From an uncultured Pseudomonadota bacterium (GTDB lineage Bacteria; Vulcanimicrobiota; Vulcanimicrobiia; Eremiobacterales; Eremiobacteraceae), in the NCBI GenBank assembly GCA_963736005.1, contig CAVTNB010000003.1:352001-416000 (forward strand): 64,000 nt of DNA, given 5' to 3'. The position numbers were made by a program, and so were the translations under genes. Below the pieces are notes generated by a model that did not search any database, was not told where the DNA came from, and was given only the letters and a program-made list of their open reading frames with translations. Below are positions 57,407-64,000 of the stretch, piece by piece (position 1 is the first letter of the stretch; each line of letters starts with the position of its first letter).

Positions 57407-57619
57407 TGTGTCACCTAGGTCACGTTATCGGCGTTCCCGCGAGACTTTACACCTCTGGTCCGAATTTTTACAAGTACTCATCTAGTTTTTAAACTCTACA
57501 TCTTGGGTTAGCGAGGAAGCTGCATCGCAAGACGTGCTGCTGTCCCGTTGCATTCCACGTTTGCGGCGCGACGCGGCCCAAGGAAGGGGCCACGCCGTCA
57601 AGGCCGTGAAGGGCGCTGC

Positions 57620-57808
57620 ATGGACGTTGTCTGCATCATCGGTGACCGCGTCTATCACTCCCCAGGAAGTCCTTGTCAGCGGGAGCTTGATAGCCGTGGC
57701 CAGCTGCTCAACCTCACGGAAGCGCAGGCGCACGAAGTGGGCATGGAACCCTGCGGGTTCTGCATGGCTCCCCATTCCAGCGAGGATCCTACGCCAAAAA
57801 GGGGCTAA
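57620..57808 (+). CDS. Small protein with Ada metal-binding-like motif (62 aa)
   Basis: VYH..SPC...EAQAHEVGMEPCGFC. Confidence 0.55.
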   Translation: MDVVCIIGDRVYHSPGSPCQRELDSRGQLLNLTEAQAHEVGMEPCGFCMAPHSSEDPTPKRG

Positions 57809-58202
57809 GCGCTGCGCGCAGTTCCTCAGGCAGTGTCCGCTTGGCAAACGATTTTCGATCGATGCAGACCAGCACGATCTCGAAATCTGCGATCCGAGTC
57901 TTTGCATCATTGTCGATCGTGAACCCAAGTGCGACCGACGTTGTGCCAAGCGACTTGACGAAAGCGGCGACCGTCAGCTTCTCATCCAATCGTGCCGGGG
58001 CGTGAAAATCACCCGAGAAGTGTACGCGCGGCAGCCAGCAGTCAAACTCGTCGAAGACCTTTCCATACGGCATGCCCGCGGCTCGAAAGAGTTCGGTCTC
58101 CGCAACTTCAACGAAGCGTACGAACGCACCGTAGCAGACGATGCCGGCAGCATCGACATCACTCCAGCGTACGTATTCTTGAATCTCAAATGGCTTCTTC
58201 AT
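57789..58202 (-). CDS. 4HBT/YbgC-family acyl-CoA thioesterase
   Basis: VRWSDVDAAGIV, FVEVAETELF, FHAPARLDE. Confidence 0.9.
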   Translation of the reverse strand: MKKPFEIQEYVRWSDVDAAGIVCYGAFVRFVEVAETELFRAAGMPYGKVFDEFDCWLPRVHFSGDFHAPARLDEKLTVAAFVKSLGTTSVALGFTIDNDAKTRIADFEIVLVCIDRKSFAKRTLPEELRAALSPFLA

Positions 58203-58228
58203 GGGGCGATTTTCCAATCGCCCCCTAC
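58203..58228 (-). repeat. Family-A REP-like palindrome filling the tnaA-thioesterase spacer
   Basis: ggggcgattttccaatcgccccctac. Confidence 0.85.
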
Positions 58229-59604
58229 AAGCGCTCAAAGCGAGCGGTGAAGTGCCGCAGCGGCGGCGATTGCCACGTCATTTTGAGGCCACGCACCTTC
58301 GCTTTGTCCTTGTACACTTCAGCCATCACCTCGATGACGTAGTCGACATGACTTTGCGTATAGACACGGCGCGGAATCGCGAGTCGAACGAGCTCCATCG
58401 CGGCGGGGGTCTCGGCACCCGTCTTCGGATCTATTGTGCCGAACATGACGGTTCCGATCTCCACGGCGCGAATGCCACCCGCGAGGTAGATTTCGCACAA
58501 GAGCGCTTGGCCCGGATATTGGAGCGGTGGAACCTGTGGTAAGAGCGCGGCTGCATCGACATAAATTGCGTGCCCGCCGGGTGGCTGCACGATCGGATAC
58601 CCAATCTCTGTCAGGTGCTTGCCGAGGTAGGCGGTCGAGGTAATGCGATATCTAAGGTAGTCATGATCGACGACCTCTTTGAGGCCGATGGCAATGGCCT
58701 CGAGGTCACGACCCGCCAGCCCGCCATAAGTTGGGAATCCTTCGGTCAAAATGAGAAGCGTCGCCTCTTGTTTGGCCAGCAATTCGTCGTTGGTCGCAAG
58801 AAAACCACCGATGTTAACCAGTCCGTCCTTCTTGGCTGACATCGTTGCTCCGTCGGCATACGAGAAGAGCTCGCGGGCGATGTCGATGACCGCTTTGCTC
58901 TCATAGCCTTTTTCGCGCTCGCGAATGAACCAGCAATTTTCGGCGAAGCGGCATGCATCGATGTAGAGCGGCAAGCGATGCTCCTTGCACACGTCGCGCA
59001 CCGCCTTGATGTTCTCCATCGAGACGGGCTGACCGCCACCGGAGTTGTTCGTGACGGTGAGCATGACGAGTGGAATCTTCTCCCTCCCAACCTCCGCAAT
59101 GAGGGCGCGCAATCCCGCCACGTCCATGTTGCCTTTGAACGGATGCATCGATGCGGGTTGGCGACCTTGCAGGATGGGCAAGTCGACGGCGACCGCACCG
59201 ACGTGCTCGATATTTGCGCGCGTCGTATCAAAATGCGTGTTGTTGGGAACCACGTCTCCTGGTTTGCAGACCGTGGCGAATAAAATGCGCTCGGCAGCGC
59301 GGCCTTGGTGAACTGGGAGCACGTATCGGAAGCCGAAGAGGTCGTGCACCGCATCGAAGAAACGATAGTACGAGCGTGCTCCCGCGTACGACTCGTCGCC
59401 TCGCATTATGCCAGCCCACTGCTCAGCGCTCATCGCTCCCGTGCCGCTGTCGGTGAGGAGATCGATGATGACGTCTTCGGCTTTGAGCAGAAACGGATTG
59501 TTGCCCGCAGCCTCAAGCAGCCGCTCGCGCTGGGCGCGCGTGGTCATCCGAATCGGTTCGACAACTTTAATACGAAAGGGTTCGATGATGGTATGAAATG
59601 ACAT
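58225..59604 (-). CDS. tnaA: Tryptophanase (beta-eliminating lyase)
   Basis: EPFRIKVVE, IDLLTDSGT, GDESYAG, HQGRAAE, MSAKKD (tyrosine phenol-lyases usually show MSGKKD), RLAIPRRVY, LRHFTARF. Confidence 0.9.
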   Translation of the reverse strand: MSFHTIIEPFRIKVVEPIRMTTRAQRERLLEAAGNNPFLLKAEDVIIDLLTDSGTGAMSAEQWAGIMRGDESYAGARSYYRFFDAVHDLFGFRYVLPVHQGRAAERILFATVCKPGDVVPNNTHFDTTRANIEHVGAVAVDLPILQGRQPASMHPFKGNMDVAGLRALIAEVGREKIPLVMLTVTNNSGGGQPVSMENIKAVRDVCKEHRLPLYIDACRFAENCWFIREREKGYESKAVIDIARELFSYADGATMSAKKDGLVNIGGFLATNDELLAKQEATLLILTEGFPTYGGLAGRDLEAIAIGLKEVVDHDYLRYRITSTAYLGKHLTEIGYPIVQPPGGHAIYVDAAALLPQVPPLQYPGQALLCEIYLAGGIRAVEIGTVMFGTIDPKTGAETPAAMELVRLAIPRRVYTQSHVDYVIEVMAEVYKDKAKVRGLKMTWQSPPLRHFTARFERL

Positions 59605-59705
59605 ACGACCCCCGTGATTGCTGCTCGGCGGTTCGCGCCGCAGCGGTGTCTCGCCTATGAGCTTTGGCCCAAGGAGATTCTAAAAACCGAACCTAAGGGG
59701 GCAGC

Positions 59706-59909
59706 GTGCTTGCTCAGTCAGTATTTCTCAACGTCTGCCCGAAGTGCGCTTCGCCGAACTTGGAGCGCCGCAAGTACTGGTATCCAACCTTGGGCTATGG
59801 CGATCAAGAATTGAACTGCCGCCTGTGTGGACTGTGCCTGTGGCCGCGCTTCGACGAATCGCCGCGCCGCGCATATTATCGATGGTTGATGAACCGACTC
59901 CGCTTTTAA
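59706..59909 (+). CDS. Small zinc-ribbon protein (67 aa)
   Basis: CPKC...CRLC; AAGGGGG RBS before GTG. Confidence 0.6.
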   Translation: MLAQSVFLNVCPKCASPNLERRKYWYPTLGYGDQELNCRLCGLCLWPRFDESPRRAYYRWLMNRLRF

Positions 59910-59916
59910 CGCGCGA

Positions 59917-60726
59917 TTAGGAGCCGGTGCCTTTGTAGTGATTGAGGCCTGCGCGCCAAAAAAGATATGCACCCCCAAACCAGAGAGCGCCGATCGCCGG
60001 CGTGAACCAGCCAAGAGCCGGATTGATCGAATAACCGACTTCTGATGTTTTGTGCAAGAGCGTCGTCGCCGGAAAATAGTTCATGAACGCGAAGGGGAAG
60101 ACATAGGCGAGCATGATGCGCACGGCGCGATTATAAATCGAGAGAGGATAACGGGTAAAATCGTTCTCGAGCGACATGACCACCCACCGGAGCGTATCGA
60201 GACGGATCACCCAAAAGGAGAGCGTCGCCACTGCAAGCTGGACCGCAAAATCGATAAGTGCGCCGCCCGCGAATGCCAGCAGCAGCAAAATGGTTGAGGC
60301 GATCGTCCATTGTAAATGCGCGACGCCTTGAGCGAATGCAAAAAAGACCAAAGCGATCACAAGCTCGTCCGGCCAGATTTGGCCCGGCTGAGACAGCACT
60401 TGGAAGAGCGGATCCAGCGGGCGCACTAAGAAACGATCGAAGCCGCCTTCTTGCACGTGCGTCGGCACCTCGCCGATCGTGAAGAAAAACGTATTGTTCA
60501 GCGTGTGCGCAACCATGTACAACGCGTAGAGGAAGAACACTTCTTTCCAGTTCCAACCGTTCATGGATGGGAAACGCGACATCATGATCCAGATCGTTCC
60601 GACCGCGATCCCATGATACACGATCGTAAAAAAAAGCCAGATAAAGAAGTTCGCTTTGTACTCAAGAAGCGTGAGGGTGTTGAGCCGCCAGAATTGACGA
60701 TACGTTGCGAGGTAGCGGCTAGCCAC
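59917..60726 (-). CDS. ABC-2 type transporter permease (DUF990-like)
   Basis: LEYKANF, GWNWKEV, GGFDRFLVRP, RYPLSIY, PFAFMNYFP. Confidence 0.9.
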   Translation of the reverse strand: MASRYLATYRQFWRLNTLTLLEYKANFFIWLFFTIVYHGIAVGTIWIMMSRFPSMNGWNWKEVFFLYALYMVAHTLNNTFFFTIGEVPTHVQEGGFDRFLVRPLDPLFQVLSQPGQIWPDELVIALVFFAFAQGVAHLQWTIASTILLLLAFAGGALIDFAVQLAVATLSFWVIRLDTLRWVVMSLENDFTRYPLSIYNRAVRIMLAYVFPFAFMNYFPATTLLHKTSEVGYSINPALGWFTPAIGALWFGGAYLFWRAGLNHYKGTGS

Positions 60727-61516
60727 CTTGAATCACCACACGGCGCTCGCCCACTCGCCACAACCCGAAGGCGATGACGCCGAAGACGATCGCCCAAACA
60801 ACTTGGAATCCCAACATACCGAGGATCTGCGTTCCAGCCACTTTGCCGATGTAGATGGACAGCGGCGCATTGTAGATTGCGGCGAACGGTGACGCGAACG
60901 CAAGTTGCTGCAAAATGCCTGGCGGGAAAAAGTAGAGTGGAACGAGCGACCCCGACAACAGCGACGAGACAAACTGTACCATGAGTTGCACACCGAAAAT
61001 TTCCATGGTCCAAAACGTGATGGTCGCCATCATGAGATCAAGGAAAAAATTGACAACGAATCCCAGCACCACGGCAATGAGGAACGCGACGGCCGCCCCA
61101 AATGATGGCGGAGGAGAAAGATGCACGAGCAAGAGTGACAGCAAGAGCGCCGGAATAATCTGCAGTGAAGCGAACAAGGTCTGGCCGACGGTATCCGCCA
61201 GCACGTAAAACGGCACGGAGATTGGCCGCATCAGGTCGATCGCGATCGACCCTTCGCGAATTTTCTCGCGAATGATATAGGCCCCGTTGACGCCGTAGAT
61301 GAGATCGAGCAAGAGCGCCAGCGTGGCATACGTGATCATGGCGGGCAACGAGATGCCTGCCTGCGCGCCGTTGTTACGGTATAAAGCCGTCCACAGCGTG
61401 GAGAGCAAGAACACGCGCAGCAAAACCGAGCCTATGTGCGTAAAAACCTGGGGACGGTACGTGCCCTCGCGAGAAAATGCGCGTTTCGCAAATTCGAGGT
61501 AAGGGGCAATCGCCAA
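60719..61516 (-). CDS. ABC-2 type transporter permease (DUF990-like)
   Basis: IREGSIAIDLMRP, LSGSLVPLYFFP, PFAAIYNAP, C-terminal VIQGG. Confidence 0.9.
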   Translation of the reverse strand: MAIAPYLEFAKRAFSREGTYRPQVFTHIGSVLLRVFLLSTLWTALYRNNGAQAGISLPAMITYATLALLLDLIYGVNGAYIIREKIREGSIAIDLMRPISVPFYVLADTVGQTLFASLQIIPALLLSLLLVHLSPPPSFGAAVAFLIAVVLGFVVNFFLDLMMATITFWTMEIFGVQLMVQFVSSLLSGSLVPLYFFPPGILQQLAFASPFAAIYNAPLSIYIGKVAGTQILGMLGFQVVWAIVFGVIAFGLWRVGERRVVIQGG

Positions 61517-62605
61517 CTAGGCGTGGCCTCGGAACTTTATCTTGATGACGGGACTCACGTAGCGCATGACGACTTTGCTCGGCGCGGTGCCGGTCGTTGA
61601 CGCGCCGCCGATAACCCACACCACATTCCCGAGCGTCACCTGTGCCATGCCGTGTCGCGGGCTTGGCAGCCACGGTCCATCGAGCCAACCGCCTATTTGC
61701 GGCTCGGAGATCTCCATTGTTTGCGTGGCTTGATCCTGACGCAGGTCATCGCCACCGACAGCAACGAGTCGACTATTGACCACCGACAACCCAAAATCCG
61801 ATCTTGGTTGGTGCAGATAGGAGCACGCCATCCAGCGATCAACAGCGGGATCGAATGCATCGCAGTTGCTCAAGTTGCGCTCTTGCTCGTCCCGACCGCC
61901 GACAACAACGATCAGCCCATCGAGCACGGTGGACGCTAGGCCTTCCCGCTCGTCGGCGAGGGCAAAAGGCACGACGGTCCACTTTTCCGTCGTCGTATCG
62001 AAGATCTCCATGCTCGTTGCGTCATTGCCGTGCGATACCGCACCGCCAATGAGATAGAGCTTGTCGTCAGCGGCCTGCATCGTTGCGCCATATCGAGGAA
62101 TGGGCATGGATGGCAGCTCAACCCAAACATCGTTGCCGACATCGTAACGCCAGAATTTGTTCGTAACCAGATTTTCAATTCGCCCACCCGCAACATAGAC
62201 GTAGCCTTCGGACGCCGCTGCGGCGGCGTGATCGACGGGTTCGGGAATGGGCGCTCCATACGTCCACGCGCCGAGCCGAACGCCGGCTCGCATGACATCG
62301 GTGCCCGGCTCCTCTTGCGCGATTTCTGGCTCCCAAACAAGCGTCGTGTCCATTTGATCGTCGTGAGGTCCATAGCCGCCGATCAGGTAAATGCGTCCGG
62401 CGAGGACGGCTGCTGCTGCGTCTTGGCGTGGTGAGGGCAAGTCCGGTCCGTGCGCCCAGGTTCCCCGATTGAGATCCGCACGAAGCTCAAAGGCTTCGGA
62501 GGGGGGCGACGCCGCCGATGCTTGCGCATTGATTGCGCTGCTCGTCAAGCACACGAGAGCAAAGCCCACGAGGGTGGCGAGTGCAGTTCTGCGGTACGCG
62601 GCCAT
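61517..62605 (-). CDS. Secreted Kelch-repeat beta-propeller protein
   Basis: Signal peptide; six repeats with YLIGG/YVAGG/VVVGG-type cores followed by W and PxPR. Confidence 0.88.
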   Translation of the reverse strand: MAAYRRTALATLVGFALVCLTSSAINAQASAASPPSEAFELRADLNRGTWAHGPDLPSPRQDAAAAVLAGRIYLIGGYGPHDDQMDTTLVWEPEIAQEEPGTDVMRAGVRLGAWTYGAPIPEPVDHAAAAASEGYVYVAGGRIENLVTNKFWRYDVGNDVWVELPSMPIPRYGATMQAADDKLYLIGGAVSHGNDATSMEIFDTTTEKWTVVPFALADEREGLASTVLDGLIVVVGGRDEQERNLSNCDAFDPAVDRWMACSYLHQPRSDFGLSVVNSRLVAVGGDDLRQDQATQTMEISEPQIGGWLDGPWLPSPRHGMAQVTLGNVVWVIGGASTTGTAPSKVVMRYVSPVIKIKFRGHA

Positions 62606-63621
62606 CACGTCAGCGCTCCGGCAATGCTCGGTTCGATGTCCAATCCCTTGAGGTAGATTTCGCGAATAATCGATTCCAATGCCGGTTCGGAAATCGTCAC
62701 ATCCTTGAGCTCGTACTGCTTGGCCAGCGCGACGATAATCGCGTCAGCGCCCACGCGCTCGCGGTCGAATTCAAAGGAAATGCGATTGCCTTCTTGGGCA
62801 ACGAGCCGGACCCCCGGGATCTCGATATCGCATTCTTTGCAATAGCCCTCAATGAAGGCAACTAGGATGCGGTTGCGCCCATAGCGCCGCTTGATCGCCT
62901 CAATGCTGCCGTCGTACAGTTTCTGCCCGTGATCGATGATAATAATCCGGTTGCAAAGTTTCTCGACGTCGTTGAGATCGTGCGTCGTGAGGATGAAGGT
63001 GGTACCGCGCTCGCGGTTCGTTCGCCCTATAAACTCGCGAATGGCTTCCTTGGCGACGACGTCAAGACCGATGGTTGGTTCGTCGAGAAAAACGACGGGC
63101 GGGTTATGCAGCATGGCAGCAGCAAAATCGCCCCGCATTCGCTGCCCGAGGCTAAGCTGGCGTACCGGCGTGCGAATAAACTCTTCGAGCCCGAGCAGGT
63201 TACTGAACTCGCGCATGTTGCGCTCGTACACATCCGCCGGGATCCCGTAAATCGCCCGTAGCAGCTCGAACGACTCGCGCAGCGGCAGGTCCCAATACAA
63301 CTGCGTTCGCTGCCCAAAGACGACGCCGATCTGACGTCCGTTAGCAGTCCGATGCAGCCACGGCACGATGCCGTTGACAACGCAATCGCCGCTTGTCGGC
63401 ACGAGGATGCCGGTGAGCATCTTGATCGTGGTTGATTTGCCCGCGCCGTTGGGTCCGATGTAGCCGACGAGCTCGCCGGCCTCGAGTTCGAAGGACACAT
63501 CGCGCACCGCAACCTTGTCATCATATTCGCGCGAGAAGAGCGAGGTGAGCGTGCCGACAACACCGTCTTTGCGGCGCCGGGTCCGAAATGTTTTTGTCAG
63601 GTGGTTGGCGCGAATTATCAT
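62605..63621 (-). CDS. ABC transporter ATP-binding protein
   Basis: GPNGAGKST, VFGQRTQLYWDLP, LSLGQRMR, FLDEPTIGLD, LTTH. Confidence 0.95.
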   Translation of the reverse strand: MIIRANHLTKTFRTRRRKDGVVGTLTSLFSREYDDKVAVRDVSFELEAGELVGYIGPNGAGKSTTIKMLTGILVPTSGDCVVNGIVPWLHRTANGRQIGVVFGQRTQLYWDLPLRESFELLRAIYGIPADVYERNMREFSNLLGLEEFIRTPVRQLSLGQRMRGDFAAAMLHNPPVVFLDEPTIGLDVVAKEAIREFIGRTNRERGTTFILTTHDLNDVEKLCNRIIIIDHGQKLYDGSIEAIKRRYGRNRILVAFIEGYCKECDIEIPGVRLVAQEGNRISFEFDRERVGADAIIVALAKQYELKDVTISEPALESIIREIYLKGLDIEPSIAGALT

Positions 63622-63667
63622 GCGTTGCCTAGGGGTGGGATGCGGCCCTGAACGCGAATCCTTGCGC

Positions 63668-64000
63668 GTGACCGCAACGCCTTCCTTGGACGGCCAATCG
63701 GACGGCGAGATTACGTACCTCTTCGTGTACGGCGGGCTTATGCGTGGCTTCGATTTGCATCATTACTTGGCGAGCAGCACATTTATCGACACCGGGTGGA
63801 CGGCAGGCTCGCTCGTCGAGTTAGGGCGCTATCCGGGTTTGATCGATGGCCCCGGGAAGGTCAAAGGCGAGCTCTATGCGCTCCACGATACGCCGGCACA
63901 ACTCGAGGCGCTGGACGAGCTCGAGGACTTCGACCCAGCGAATCCACAAGCGAGCACGTATCTGCGGACGATCTGCGAGGTGCATCTGGCAAACGGTTCG
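63668..64000 (+). CDS. Gamma-glutamylcyclotransferase/AIG2-like protein; runs off the window end
   Basis: YLFVYGGLMRG, GRYPGL, VKGELY, LDELED. Confidence 0.85.
   Translation, partial: MTATPSLDGQSDGEITYLFVYGGLMRGFDLHHYLASSTFIDTGWTAGSLVELGRYPGLIDGPGKVKGELYALHDTPAQLEALDELEDFDPANPQASTYLRTICEVHLANGS

Noticed and set aside
57483..57508. SigB-like promoter GTTTTT-N14-GGGTTA
   Set aside because: Imperfect match and more than 100 nt from the likely start codon
59605..59705. tnaC leader peptide upstream of tnaA
   Set aside because: No short Trp-containing leader ORF recognisable on the minus strand

Overview
GC-rich bacterial chromosomal segment of mostly housekeeping genes, with no rRNA, tRNA, CRISPR array, prophage or transposase recognisable. 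The TonB-dependent receptor implies a diderm organism. The overall gene style suggests Candidatus Eremiobacterota (WPS-2), but that is a weak inference. Recognisable modules: hflX, rmuC, ogt, an alkA-like/dinB/dacB operon, meaB, typA, a SUF Fe-S operon (sufCBD-ferredoxin-sufS-sufU) divergent from a SufR-like regulator, a STAS/GGDEF/GH15 signalling cluster, a luxE-luxC-aminotransferase operon without luxAB, a 2-oxoacid dehydrogenase E1a/E1b/E2 operon, a TOBE/PepSY/TonB-receptor uptake cluster, pepN, an EF-G paralogue, queE-queD, rpoZ, tnaA, and an ABC-2 exporter with an embedded Kelch gene. Most notable: (1) a stand-alone ~250-nt structured RNA candidate (37677-37927) with its own sigma70-type promoter, upstream DnaA-box-like sites and a terminal hairpin; (2) the luxE/luxC/class-III aminotransferase operon, a possible acid-to-aldehyde-to-amine pathway; (3) four families of GTAG-type REP-like palindromes that supply stop codons to several genes and sit in frame inside the luxC-like CDS. 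sufB, sufC and the E1-alpha gene carry clustered single-base indels that look like sequencing or assembly errors. Start codons were chosen by eye and all functional calls rest on motifs, not database searches.
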